The position numbers and the translations under genes were made by a program. A stretch of 64,000 nt of DNA. It comes from Iphione sp. A-MEVVRFRX5. Taxonomy: Eukaryota. The notes under the pieces were generated by a model. That model made no database searches and was not told the DNA's origin. It saw only the letters and a list, made by a program, of their open reading frames with translations. Each line of letters opens with the position of its first letter. Positions within the stretch are counted from its first letter, which is position 1. The stretch lies in contig OZ320314.1 of the NCBI GenBank assembly GCA_976226885.1, positions 111,662,001 to 111,726,000 of the forward strand, read 5' to 3'. This document shows positions 1 through 11,867 of this stretch, piece by piece.

Positions 1-452
1 CCTTCCGGGTCCAATTCAGAAAGGCATATACAATGATTAGGACAATGAGAGCAGTCAAAACGGATGGACCGAGTGTCAGTGGTCCTTGGGTTGTGGTCCA
101 GTACCTTAGTTCTACTCTGCTTGTGGGAGAACTTTCTAGGGCAGAGAGGGTGAGATTTAACCACATGATATCTAAGGCTCTTGACCCATCCCAATCTTTC
201 CTCTGGCTGCTGCATCAAGGGCCGAGTCAGGATTAGGAGGAACCCTTTTTTATCGAAATCGGGGGAGGGAGGGGGCACGGGCGGATCACAGAGGAAAGGA
301 CTAGGGTCATTGGGTTTCGACAAATGGGGATTCTGGGGGGTTCTACAATCTAAATGAAAGTGGGCCAAAGTATCTTTCATAGCTTTGTCCCAAGGGTCAC
401 CAGTGTGGGACTCCCAACACTTGGGCTCGTTAGGAGCCACACCTAGTTTCCC
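1..452 (-). CDS. -1 frame ORF downstream of gag (expected pol N-terminus), open to the window edge
   Basis: Manual translation GKLGVAPNEPKCWESHTGDPW...FDCSHCPNHCICLSELDPE has no stop in 150 codons; the other two frames stop within 22 codons of the gag end. No protease motif seen yet. Confidence 0.6.
389..452 (-). promoter_or_regulatory. -1 programmed ribosomal frameshift signal: G GGA AAC heptamer plus H-type pseudoknot
   Basis: Slippery site 446-452 directly before the gag TAG. Stem 1 CTCCTAAC/GTTGGGAG (429-436 with 411-418); stem 2 CCCAAG/CTTGGG (420-425 with 389-394). Confidence 0.8.
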
Positions 453-2107
453 TTCTCTGGAGCTTTCGCCTTAGCAAGATGGTCAATTTCCCTTCTCATT
501 TGATCTATCATGTGCTCCATTGCCATGATTTGGCCATTACGGGGGTCAGAAATGTAAGGTTCTGGCTGGAGGGGGTAGCGTTCCGATTGAAATGGAACCG
601 CGGGGCTCTGATAGCCAGGGGGGTAAGGATTGAAGGGAGAGGGGGAGGGGTATCGACGGGGGTTTGGGCCACGAGGGCGAGGAGGTCCTCGCGGTCGGGC
701 CTGAGTTAGGCCTCCTCGAAATGGGGGTCGAAGGCCGGCAGCCCGCTCCAGGTCTCTTTTCTTAGTGTTACATTCTCGAGCAAAGTGTCCTAGGTTATGA
801 CAATAGTAACAGACCACCGCTGGGTTGTCTGTGAGTGGAGAGGGGCCTTGGGGGGTTCCCTGGAGGGGAGCGGATGAGGGTGAGGCCTGACTTTGAGTGG
901 TAGGGCCAGACGAGGGCTGGGGTAGAACCTCGGCCTGGGCCTTTGTGGCAGGGAGGGCGGATGCAGGAGTGACAGGCAATGTCCCACCGAGAGTCTTAAG
1001 GGCGTAGGTCATTATTTCTCCTGACAAATCTTTCATAACCTCCTTTTTCAAGGCATCGACAATGGATTCCATGTCGGAAAGCCTTTTACAAAAGCCTCCT
1101 TGTCGTCGCCACCGCTTGCAGGCGTCTTGGACTGCGTGATGGAAGGAGGGAACATCCCTGTGGTCCATCATTTCTCTAAGCTCAGGGAGGATATTTTCCA
1201 TAAATATTCTACCTGCTGGTTCATCGCTGTCCTGCCCTGCTGCGATACACACCTTCATGAGTCGATCAGCGAACTCACTGGGGGTCTCATCCCTTCGCTG
1301 CTTACACCCTCTTAACCTTTCTGAGATCTCAGAACCTGAGGGGCCCTTTTCCTTCAAAAGGAATGCCCTAAGGGTGTCCCAGTCTCTATGACAGGCAATG
1401 TGGATGTGAAGAGTCCGGGGACAAAAGGCACCAATTTTCTCAAAGCACCTATGAATGTAGGCGGGTCTGCGGGCATTTCCTTCCCCTTCTAGCTGGGTTC
1501 CATAAACAGCCTTCATGTAATCCTCATATTGGTGAATCCAATCAGCTACTGCATAAGGATCATTAGGGAACATGCCTGGCCTTCTCGGCATAACAGTTAA
1601 CCTTTTGGTTAGAGCCTCAATGATATTACCCTCTGCCATTCTAACGCGTGTGGACCTAGCTCCCACAGAGATAGCAGGGTTAGAACTTACTGATGGTCTG
1701 GGACCAGGCGAATGGATTTGCACAGGACTTGGTTGTGGCTCCCTGGACGTTCCGGGTTGAGGAGAAGAACTTCGAGGGGTGATGAAGACTTGTCGACGGC
1801 TTGAAACAGATGGTGTGGTAGTCGACTTGGGAGTTGACGCCTTGGGAAGACGAGGGAAGGAGATTTCGCCAGAAGAATCGTCGCTCTGGACGGAAGGCGG
1901 TGTTGATCGTCCGGAAGATGATGAGGAAGCATGTCTAGTGGCGAGTCGAGGGGCGTGAATTCCCAAAGGAGTTCGAGGACTATCGGTGGGAGATGGGGAA
2001 CGAACAGTGCAGCCTCTAGTCAAGGAGCGACTGCGTCGTTCTGCGGAGGTCGTGGGCGGTTTCCTAGAGGTGATGCTTCTAGTAACAGGTCGAGGGGTAT
2101 CTGCCAT
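443..2107 (-). CDS. gag: Gag polyprotein (554 aa) with an S/P/R/T-rich N-terminal extension, capsid-like core and CCHC zinc knuckle
   Basis: Uninterrupted ORF. Contains LRGCKQRRDETPSEFADRL (retrotransposon gag core motif) and CYYCHNLGHFAREC (CX2CX4HX4C). Confidence 0.9.
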   Translation of the reverse strand: MADTPRPVTRSITSRKPPTTSAERRSRSLTRGCTVRSPSPTDSPRTPLGIHAPRLATRHASSSSSGRSTPPSVQSDDSSGEISFPRLPKASTPKSTTTPSVSSRRQVFITPRSSSPQPGTSREPQPSPVQIHSPGPRPSVSSNPAISVGARSTRVRMAEGNIIEALTKRLTVMPRRPGMFPNDPYAVADWIHQYEDYMKAVYGTQLEGEGNARRPAYIHRCFEKIGAFCPRTLHIHIACHRDWDTLRAFLLKEKGPSGSEISERLRGCKQRRDETPSEFADRLMKVCIAAGQDSDEPAGRIFMENILPELREMMDHRDVPSFHHAVQDACKRWRRQGGFCKRLSDMESIVDALKKEVMKDLSGEIMTYALKTLGGTLPVTPASALPATKAQAEVLPQPSSGPTTQSQASPSSAPLQGTPQGPSPLTDNPAVVCYYCHNLGHFARECNTKKRDLERAAGLRPPFRGGLTQARPRGPPRPRGPNPRRYPSPSPFNPYPPGYQSPAVPFQSERYPLQPEPYISDPRNGQIMAMEHMIDQMRREIDHLAKAKAPEKGN

Positions 2108-2140
2108 GCAATAAGCATGGTCAAGAGAGGTACCCGGGTT

Positions 2141-2150
2141 TTCTCCACCA
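2141..2150 (-). promoter_or_regulatory. Primer binding site of element A, tRNA-Ala-like
   Basis: TGGTGGAGAA one base after the LTR end; complementary to the ...TTCTCCACCA 3' end known for animal tRNA-Ala. Only a 10-nt match. Confidence 0.55.
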
Positions 2151-2151
2151 G

Positions 2152-3621
2152 TGTGAAATTGTGACTTGTCTGTGTGTGTGGTTGTTTTGAAATTTCTCCA
2201 CTACACTACACCGCCGTCGGTGTGATGTTGTCGAGAGGTGAGGATTCCACTTTCCTCGGGGATCGTTTGGGGTGGGTAGTGATGAATGAAGCACCTCTTA
2301 TCTCGGGGCGTCCTCGAGTCCGTGATGATCTTCTTCTTCTGCTGCCCGTGCTGATTCCAGTCTCGGGCCTTCAATCCGATGATTCCCTTCTTCGATAGGG
2401 ACTAATAAAGCTTCATAACAGGTCACACGTCCCGTGTTGCTTTATTCTAAGTGGTCAAAGAGTTCTTAGTCGGTCTCTTCGAGTGGGGTGATATGCTGGT
2501 GGAAACGAGGAACGCTAATACCGAGTGTGAGTTTTAAAGAGGGCTTTATTCCGAGCACATCAGAGGGATGATACTCTCCTCCCTTGACAGCGACCTAAGG
2601 ATGGCAGATCAGTGGCAGAGCTGAGCTTACATATTGGGGAGAAATGCGGGCTTGTGAGGCAGACCAGAGCCTGTGGGTTCGAACATCTGGATGGAGAGCT
2701 AGAGTCTTTCTGGATGCGAAGTCCTTCCTATTGAGCGGGTGCTTGATGAAGATTGCGAGGTGGATGACTCCTCCAGCAGGGCTCTGGTCTGGTCTCAGCC
2801 GCCTAGGTAGTAGTGGCTAGCTAGCTCCTTCTCTCAAGAAGGTGTTGTCTAAGAAGGTGGTCTCTCTTGAAGGGGATGTGGAGCTCTTTCTTATATACAA
2901 ACTCTGTCCCAAGTCCTTACTTCCCATTGGCCGAAAAGGGACTATTCCGATTGGAGGGTTGGGAGAGGGGACTCTTCCCATTGGCTCACATAAGTAAACA
3001 CTGCACGGCGGATCCCAAAAGATCAAAGGGATTCCAGGAAAAGACAAATGAGGGCCCTGAGAATTGCACAATCTTCTGACGAAGATTGATGAGAGTCATA
3101 AACGTCAGTTTAAGCTAAAAGGGGGCCCAAAACTGTCATGACGGTCATAACACTTGGTTTATGGGCAGGGAAACTAGTTAGATGGATGATGAGAAGGGGC
3201 CCAGCCTCTTTGAAGGGGCCGGCGTCCGAGCTCAGCTCATTCGGGGAGGAATTCGGACCGGAGTTACACAGGTGGGAGTTTGGCAGGTATGCCTATAGAA
3301 AGAGGAGAAATATTCCTCACCTGTCGGATCCCTCTCAGATTGAGTCATGGCAAGGTGTGAGTTCTCTTTGATCTAGTGACTGCCTTTCAGATGGGTTTGC
3401 GAAAGAGGGGGATTGCTCACTCCTGCCTGGATTGCTTTGAATTGCGTCATGAAATGTTGGAAACTTGCTGACTATGCATTTGAAGAGGAACGTTGATGTT
3501 CCCGAGATAAGGAAAAGCAAGATGGGCATGCTGGGTATGCCGAGTCGGCCTGGAGGGCTTGGGCTTGGTCACTCCAGTTTTTGCAATGGAGTCGATCTTT
3601 AAGGGAGTCGTTGATCTAACA
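2152..3621 (-). repeat. 5' LTR of element A (about 1.47 kb)
   Basis: TG...CA termini; on the minus strand CCAAT boxes near 2925 and 2980, TATATAAG near 2895, AATAAA near 2550 and 2445. The partner LTR is outside the window. Confidence 0.7.
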
Positions 3622-5599
3622 AATGACACAGCCAATGCAGTGAGCTGTGGTCCATGCGAATCACCAATTTCTGGCCCCCTACATAGGAATGGAACTTACG
3701 CAGGCTGAACACCACCGCCAGTACCTCCTTTCGAGTCACGCAGTAGTTGTGCTCCGGCCGGGTAAGACTCCGACTCACGTAGGCCAAGACACGCTCCTTT
3801 CCATCCTGCTCCTGCGAGAGCACCACTCCCAGTCCAGCGGCGGAGGCGTCGGTGTCCAATGTCATCTGCCCCTCCGGCCGGGGGTAGGCCAACACTGGGG
3901 TGGAGACCAACTTCGCCTTCAAGGTGACGAAGGCCTGCTGGCAGACCGGGGTCCAACGATACTCTCTGCCCTTCTCCAGTAATTCGTGCAGGGGGGTGGC
4001 CACTGCAGTGAATCCTTTGACAAAGCTGCAATGATAAGAGCAAAGGCCGACGAAGCTCCGGAGCTCCGTAATACAGCAGGGGACTGGCCAGGCTTGTACA
4101 GACGCGATCTTCTCGGGGTCTGGTCCGACACCCTCGGCGGGCACCTGGTGCCCCAGGTACGCCACCTTCTCCCAGAACAGCTGACATTTTTGTGGCTTGA
4201 CCTTGAGTCAGACCCCTCATAGCCTACTGAAGACCTCATCCAGATGCCGTGTCATCTCTTCCACTGTCCAACCTATCACGATTACGTCGTCGAAGTAAAC
4301 CAAGCAGAACTGTCCCACCAGTCCCCGCAAGACAGCCTCCATGAGGCGCTCAAAGGTAGACGGCGCGTTGCACAACCCGAAGGGCATAACACGAAATTGG
4401 TAGAGCCCCCCAGGCATGCATACCGCCGTCTTCTCTCTATCCTCCAGCCACATTCCCACCTGCCAATAGCCACTGGTCAGGTTGATCGCCGAGAAATAAT
4501 GCTCACCCTGGAGAGCATCCAGCATCTCGTCGATGCACGGTAGGGGATACGCATCCTTTTTTGTCACTCCCTTCAATGCCCGGTAGTCTATACAGAACCT
4601 CCAGCTCTGATTCTTCTTGCACACCAACACAACGGGGGAGGCCCAAGGACTCATCGAGGGATCTAACTCCCCTTGCTGTAACATCTTGTCTACTTCCTGC
4701 TGCACCAGGACCTTCTTGGCTGGTGGGAGGCGTCGAACTCTCTGCCGGATCGGCCTGTGGTCCTGTGTGTCAATCTGTTGCTGGACCACTTCACTCCTTC
4801 CCAGGGCATCCCCTTCTTCCTGGAAGCAATCGGCATTCCTCCGCAGCATCTGTCCTACTTTCCTCCTTTGCATCTCACTCAGCTCTTCTGTCAACTGCTC
4901 TAGTAGACCTCGCAGTGCAGGTCCAAGCCCGCGGCCTGTGCCCATCCCAGCTTCTCCCTCCTGTTCTGGTCCACTTGTCCCTTCAACCAGCTGGACTCTC
5001 GCGACAACCGTTCCTTGCCGCAAGATATGCCCCTGGGCACCCACATTGGCGATCTCCACTGCTCCGTCCCGACTGCCTGCCGGGCACACCGTGCATGCTA
5101 GCACCATGCCTGAGCGGCCCTCCCACTTGGGGGAGGGCTCCACCAACACCGGCCGGTCTCCGCTATCCAGCTCCTCCCAGCGGACGCGGGCCTGTACCAC
5201 GCTCCACCCGTCCAGCTGATAATCCTCAACCAGCACAGCCCAACATCCTTCCGTTCTGTCATCCTCGGGGACCCGCACCCACAGTATGGTCCCCTCAGTG
5301 TCCACCTGTGCCCTCCAGCGACGTAGCATGTCCAGCCCCAATATTGCAGGACAGTCTATCCGAGCCATCCAGGCCTTGACCTCCAGTTCCACACCAACGA
5401 ACCTCACTCCCAACCGGGTCCGCCCCCACACCCGAAGGGGCTGCCCATCGGTACACAGAATCCGTCCCGCGGCTGGTTCCAGCTCTCCCAGAGTCAGGGC
5501 ATCGGCCATCTCCTTGGACAGCAGCATGAGGGAGGCCCCTGTGTCCACCAACCATGGAACCTGAAGCCCGGTCACCTCGCTGGGGAGCACGATGTTCAT
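3622..5599 (-). pseudogene. pol: pol of element B (protease, RT, RNase H), frameshifted and truncated by element A
   Basis: ORFs 4217-5599 and 3599-4165 carry the motifs listed for element B; FDD replaces LDD and there is a stop after the RT core. Confidence 0.88.
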
Positions 5600-6900
5600 G
5601 CCCTGGTTCTGAGATTACCTCCTCCCCTGCCTTCAGGCGTAGCTTCCGCAGGTGCTCTTCCAGTGCGCCTTCCTCCTTTGCCTGCCTCTCCTCGGCCACC
5701 ACCCTCACTGCTGGCCGTCCCCCCGTTTCCCGACGGTTGCTCTTTGGGGGGATGGGGGCAGTTCCGCCTGAAATGCCTCAATTCACTACAGTTAAAGCAC
5801 TTCTTACTTGCAGGAAGCCGATTCTTCTTGTTACCTTCAGTCTGGCCCGCCAACAGCTGCTGTAGTAGCTGTTCCAAGCATTCCCACCTGCCAGGCGGGG
5901 CTTCCTTCTTCGGAGCTGGAGCGGGAGGGGTGGGGACCTGTCCCGTCGCCTCCAGTTTATGCACCTTCTTGGGGCCCCCGCGGTCCATCTTGTTCTGGTA
6001 ATAAGACTCCGCGACCTGGGAAGCAGAGAGAGCTTCCCTAAAGGTGGACACCCTAGCCTGGGTCACCCACTTCCGAATCTTCTCATTGGCCAGGGCTCCC
6101 ACATAATATTCCTGGCACATCCGATCTTTCCATACTCCCTTCGCTTCCGGGTAGGCCAGCTGGACCAACCTCTCTACCTTGTCAGCCAGGTTGGCCAGCG
6201 CCTCAGCTTTCTCCTGTCGTCGCCATTTCAACTGTTGGATGTAGGCATCTGTCTGGTGCTTTGACTGGAAACGCTCTGTGAGGGTGCCCACCAGCTGTTG
6301 GTATGCCCCGGCCTGTGCTACATCAATTCCGGTACTCCGTAAAACCGCTCACGCCGATTTCCGAAGGGTGATGCCCAACTGCAGGGCCTTATCTGCCTCC
6401 GTCCAGTGGTTGGCCAACGCCACCAATTCGAAATGCTGCAGGAAGTCCCTGAGCGGGGTACTACCATCATAGGTGTCTGGCTTCACTTGGCTCTTCCGAG
6501 TGCCCTCTGGCCGGAGCGCGGAGCGCAGCTCTTCCACAAATCCTGTCCAAGAGGGGCGGAATGTCCATGTCCGCCTCTCCCTCCCTGTCACTCTCCCTGG
6601 GGAGTGGGTCATTAACTTCCACATTGCTGTCCAACGGGGTGTGGGGAGCAGAGCCTGGAGGTGGAGGCTGCCCCTCCACCTCCCCTTCCGGTCTGGCTCC
6701 TCCATTCCGTGGGTTATCCTCACCCCCAGGGGGCAGATGTCCTCTTCCTCGGCGGATCCGCGAACCACGGCGGGCTTCGGCCGGAACTGGGCGGACTCCG
6801 GCCACCCCGCAGCGAGCTCGGCTCCCTTGCCGCATTCCGCTGGCTTGGCCGACTCCGCCCACAGCTTGGAGAACTCCGCCGCTTCCTCCGCCAATTTCCC
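5596..6900 (-). pseudogene. gag: gag of element B, frameshifted
   Basis: Pieces lie in ORFs 6349-6954 and 5596-6291; degenerate zinc knuckle; ends near GGGAAAC at 5725-5731. Confidence 0.8.
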
Positions 6901-6910
6901 CAGGGGAAGG

Positions 6911-6928
6911 ATCCCACCGGTGCCACCA
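6911..6928 (-). promoter_or_regulatory. PBS of element B, tRNA-Leu type
   Basis: TGGTGGCACCGGTGGGAT, one mismatch from the PBS of element D. Confidence 0.75.
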
Positions 6929-6930
6929 AT

Positions 6931-7145
6931 TGTACGCCCCAAACAAAGAGACATAACAAACTGGTTCTCTTTTGTGAAGTTTATTCCTAAACATGCAGGA
7001 AGTTAATGACACCCATACTCCGCCTGGCTTGCATTTATACATAAAACGTAATCCCGGGCAGAGCCTAGCAAACTCCAGTGAACGATACTGTGCTGAAGGC
7101 GGAATCCAACATTAACCCAAATACAATCCCAGGCGGAGCCCAACA
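6931..7145 (-). repeat. 5' LTR of element B (215 bp)
   Basis: TG...CA termini, internal TATA-like and AATAAA motifs; abuts AT-rich host intron at 7146. Confidence 0.75.
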
Positions 7146-7350
7146 ATAGATTATTTTCTTAACTAGAGGTTTATTCAGAAATTTCCACTAGTATCTCAAA
7201 TTGAAAGAGATATTTGATGGAACCAATAAGTAAATAGCAATGGTAATGGAAAAGTCTATAAGATTATGTGTTAACATAGATAAAATCCAAGATAAAGAAA
7301 TGCCTATTGAAACTCATAATCAAATTAGCCAAAGAAAGTATTGTTAATTA

Positions 7351-7527
7351 CAGTGGAGACTCTATTTGTAACTTTTGCTGTTTGTGACCATTCTCTATTT
7401 GCAACTACCTGTGGTGGCAACCAAAATGCTTATTTTTATACATTTGATATCCTATTTGCAATTTAATTTGCCAAAGTGACCATTTGAGCTTGGACCAGAG
7501 TGGTGGTCACAAAGAGAGTTTTGATTG
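7351..7527. mobile_element. Small Tc1/mariner-pogo-like MITE
   Basis: Imperfect TIRs CAGTGGAGACTCTATTTGTAAC and (reverse complement) CAATCAAAACTCTCTTTGTGAC, flanked by TA on both sides. Confidence 0.4.
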
Positions 7528-8985
7528 TATATCATCAACATATTCTATATAATTTTTATGAATATTTGTGGCAAAAATAGTGAGTTATATAGCTGACTGA
7601 GGATATCAACATATTTGCAAAAGATTTACATATGAATTAAAGTTACTCATTGAATGCAAGAAAAACAGGTGGCAATCCCTTAAACAAATTCAATGGTAAA
7701 AAATATCTCTCATCTCAAAAATGGTAAAGTAAACTAAATAGTATCATCCAAAAATGTTCTGCTATCACTACACATGATGTTTACTCCAATGAAATTAACA
7801 GTATATTGGCATCCTCAATATGCTGAGGTAGTTTTTTTTAAAAAAAGAAATTTGTCTTGTCTTATGGATAACTGCTTTATCCTAGGAAGGGGAACAAGGT
7901 ATCTCTGCCAAACCACTAGACGGCCTGTCTACTCAGCCTAGGATCCAGTACAAAGCCTAGGCTACTCAGTCTTGAATGTTTGTCATGGTGACTCCAGCTC
8001 TCCACACTCTCAAGGATGTATTTTCAATATTGTGGTTGGCTTTGGATTAAACCATACAAAATCTTTGATATTAAGCTGTAATTTTGTCCTCAGTGAGGAA
8101 ATATCACTGTTTCCATGTTCCACTAGGCATGGTGTTATATTCACAAATACTCATCTTCAATCAGGCTAGCAAAGTCATATGAGTCAAATATTGTCAATGA
8201 ATTATTTCAATTTCATTTTTTTATTCAATATCTCCATAATGTAAATAAAGGTTTCCAAGTGAATAAACATGAAAAAGAAAAGCAGTTTAGAAGGGTAATT
8301 AATATATAAATTGTTTAGTAGGAAATCTATAATACATAAAGATAATACTGGTAGTTCAATATCATGGCACATTATGAGTGCAGTGCAGTGGTACATAGTT
8401 GTAAACATTGGGATATAACAATTAATTAATTGACATTACAAGAGTTGTACAAAAATGTCTTTGTTATAAATTAACTAATGCTATCACAATTAGCACTACT
8501 ACATTGGTTTGCCATAAGCCTGGTTGTAGGGCCACAGAACATAGGCAATACTCCTCCTTGATTCAGTCATTCTCAGCACAGGCTTACTCATGGCATTACA
8601 GTTTTAGCATATCCTTGTGGATAGCTAGCCATGAAATATCAATACAATAATCATGGTCACAGAAGACCACCTCTGTTGTGATCTTAATACAGCATCATGT
8701 TTGTGTAGACCTGTAAACATTTTTGCTAATGGTAACCTCTTGAGTGTGTTGTTGTATGGGTCATTTAGTTATATAATGGTTTGTAATCCCAAATGCAGGG
8801 AGAGGCTCTTATTTTGCATTCACCAGATTCCCTCCTCCCTAGGTGTCAAACCTCTTAAGAATCCCTAACTATTTTGTTGAGAGATCAGACTGACCCATGA
8901 CAGCTGTGAATCTAGTAATAAGTCATGTCCCTTCTAAAATAACTGATTTGAGGACCTTCCAATTAGTTATTAAAGAGGGCAGCCC

Positions 8986-9900
8986 ATGGAGCTGTTAAAT
9001 GTTAGGAGGTACATCAGCTTCATTGCTTTTGATATGCAAAAAGTGTTTAACCTGGTTCCCAATCATAACATCAACCATAGACTTTCTAACCTAGGTGCTG
9101 CACTGAGAACAAGTAGTATGATCACAAGCTACTTGAGTAATAGACATCAGATTGTTGGCTGTGGAAATGTATCATCAACACTCCTAACACTTGAACAAGG
9201 AGTCCCACAAGGAAGTATCTTTGGGCCAGTAGCATTCAATCTAGTAATGGAAAATTTGGTCAGCTACCTCCCTACAGGCTCTAAGCCTGTGATGTATGTA
9301 GAATATCTATCTGTGCTGGTCCAGAAAGAGACTTGGTAAGACTCCTGACAATTCTGCACATGGTCCTCAACTCAGTATCACAATGTTTGCGAAGAGGCAC
9401 GACTGCTACTAAGCACAATCAAATGCTGTGATATAAATTTTAGAAAGGCAGGTAATATTGATTTGGAGATAACTTTCCTTAGAGAAAAGCTAAATCTGGT
9501 GAAAGAGATGGAGCTGCTGGGCTTCTTGATTGACAGCAAGTTCAAGTTCATTGCTAGGATGTAATCAAGAATGTGTCTAACAGCACCCAGTGTAGGGAGA
9601 CTGAAGCATCTTCTTCATCTACAATGAAGCAGAGTACTGTTCCACCCACTGGTGCTGTCCCTCTTGTACTACCAAGCATCTATGTTGTTTGGTATGTCCA
9701 AATCAGCCAAGGGAAGGCTGAAGATCTTCCTGAATTGATGCACAATGGTGGCTTTCCAATCTAACCTATCTCAAATGGTCAAAGTGTTGCAAGGAAACTC
9801 TGGTATCCAGAGGGGTGAACAGATTTTGGTGGTAAGGGGCCTTCTATCTGTGTATAAACTGATGAGGATGGCATTGGTACCATCCATGGTAAAGACTAGA
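8986..9900 (+). mobile_element. Decayed non-LTR retrotransposon (LINE) RT fragment
   Basis: IAFDMQKVFNLV and GVPQGSIFGP motifs, degenerate YADD, stops downstream; resembles the LINE at 49.6-52.2 kb. Right end approximate. Confidence 0.75.
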
Positions 9901-10364
9901 ACTAGAGCTGACAGTACACTCAGGGCGGTCATTTCTAAACTTAGGAGTACATTATGTTATGTTCACATCACAGTGTTTGTTGAAGATAATGATAAAATAT
10001 ATATCTGTAACTAGTTTATGCAAGCAAAGAGACCATGGTATGACTCAGGAACATACCAGCTCATGAAAAATACCTCTATTATTATTATAAGCAGGTAGTA
10101 TTATAAGATATTAGTAAAAAAAGAAGCTTTTCATTTTATTCCTATACTTTTTTCTCTTTTCCTCATTCTGGTCTCTATAGCAGATAAATATCTCAAGCAG
10201 ACAGATATCTCAAATATTTGTCCAGTGATATTGTGGTCATCTAATCTATTACCCTACATTTTCAAAGTCAAGTATATCCAAGGACCTTCAACTTACTTTG
10301 TCAATTTCTGAATTATAATTAATATGAAGATTCAATGAATATTATGAAGGTTGTTTTTACTTAC

Positions 10365-10470
10365 TTAAAAGTGATTCCTTGTATTTCTGGATTAAACACT
10401 TGTATTTTAATAAAGACAGAACTATTTTCATTTACATGATATGTTGCCTCTGAGAGCTGGAGTAGTGGAT
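10365..10470 (-). CDS. Exon Z1a (first half of domain Z): DPLLQLSEATYHVNENSSVFIKIQVFNPEIQGITFN
   Basis: tttgttgcag acceptor, gtaagt donor, 106 nt, phase 1-2; one codon shorter than the other Z1 exons. Confidence 0.85.
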
Positions 10471-10696
10471 CTGCAACAAAAAATAATTTCAATATGGTTT
10501 TATAATATTTATCATGATACTCTTTCTATTACATAAAACAGAGTCAAATATAGCAAATTAGAGGATACATTCTCTCAGAAGCATTACAGAACCTTCTTTA
10601 CATTCTGAAAGGAAACATTCAAACAAAGTGTTTACACTGACTAATGAATATAGCCATCAATTAACTAAAAAGGCCAAATCATAAAATGATACTCAC

Positions 10697-10923
10697 CATT
10701 ATCCTGGATCAATACTTCTAATGAAGCAGTGTTGAAAATGACATTGGAAATATTACATCTTGCAGTTATATTGAATGTTTCTCTAAGTTCTGCTGTTTGA
10801 TCATCAGTAACATTGAAAGAAAATGGAAACTGACTTCCATTTGAGCTACCGGCTACTATTGTAATATCATAGTCATTCAATAAAACATCAGAGTTGGTTG
10901 TATCTCCATGTACAAGTGTAAGA
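10697..10923 (-). CDS. Exon Y2a (second half of domain Y)
   Basis: tttttcgtag acceptor, gtgagt donor, 227 nt, phase 2-1; GSQFPFSFNVTDD...IQDN. Confidence 0.9.
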
Positions 10924-11149
10924 CTACGAAAAATAGAAAAAATAATTGAAATCAATCAACTAATCGAACCAATACCATGAAATACAATTTATCTATATTA
11001 CTTAGATATTTAAGTAAAACAAAAGAGAAATGACCAAATTACTGGCTAAATAATACATGTTATTGTAACCTACATAAGTAATGAAAAGATGCCAATCTTA
11101 TCATCTATAATAAAAGATAAATAATTCAGAAACTAAATAAATTCCTTGC

Positions 11150-11264
11150 CTTATATCAATGCTTGAGTCAATTCCTCCAGCTGGTACATTACTGATTTCA
11201 AGTGTTCCATTTTCTTGTGAACCTTCCACTGTAGTCAGAATCTTTGGTTCAAAATCAACAGTAA
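11150..11264 (-). CDS. Exon Y1a (first half of domain Y), GC donor
   Basis: tttcag acceptor, AG/gcaagg donor, 115 nt, phase 1-2; ITVDFEPKILTTVEG...IDIS. Confidence 0.8.
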
Positions 11265-11867
11265 CTGAAACCATAAATATGTTAGTGAAGCAATGTAAAA
11301 CTATTGAAATTTGTGTAATAAATCCAATACTCAGATAGAATTGTAATTTTCCACTGGGGAATCTTACTATATTTTATGATACATTTTTCAAAAAGGTTAT
11401 AGACTACTGTAATTGAAGTTTTACCCTATAATTAATGGATTAATGAATGGATTTAATATGAAAACTGAAACTTAAGAAATTACTATTTACATCCTAGAGC
11501 TTTAAGAATTACACATGTGCTTTAGTGAAATAATGATACAAAGACAGAACAAGTGAGTATTCTTGCACCTTGTTATATATTTAGACCAAGGAATTTATGA
11601 TATATTTGTGGGAATGATTGATAGGTGACTGACTTAGACTAAATATATATTTTCAATTTAAGTTACATTTGACAAAATAAATAGAGACGAACAAAATATG
11701 AATGAAGAATGAACTCTCACTTTCATTTCATACATCTCATTCCATATTGTTAATCTTGACAAAAGAATTCCTCCTATCATAATTTAGGTAATCAAATGCA
11801 GCACACATATTCTTACTTAAATACTATGTACTTAGTATATATTCTAAGAAGAAAAGATAATACTCAC

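Larger units (their letters stand above)
1..3621 (-). mobile_element. Gypsy-like LTR retrotransposon A, 5' part (LTR, PBS, gag, start of -1 frame ORF), inserted into the RNase H region of element B; continues off the left edge
   Basis: Starts TGTTAGATC at 3621, exactly where the element B reading frame (HWLCH) breaks. LTR ends ...TTTCACA at 2152, followed by a TGG PBS and a gag ORF with a CCHC knuckle. Confidence 0.85.
3622..7145 (-). mobile_element. Gypsy LTR retrotransposon B (5' LTR, gag, protease, RT, RNase H), decayed and interrupted by element A
   Basis: LTR 6931-7145 (TGTTGGGCTCC...GGGGCGTACA) and a Leu-type PBS. Gag KPDTYDG...FLQHFE and CFNCSELRHFRRNC; protease LVDTGAS; RT SPWASPVVLV, FCIDYR, YFDD; RNase H DTDAS, RNYCVT-like motif. 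Confidence 0.92.
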
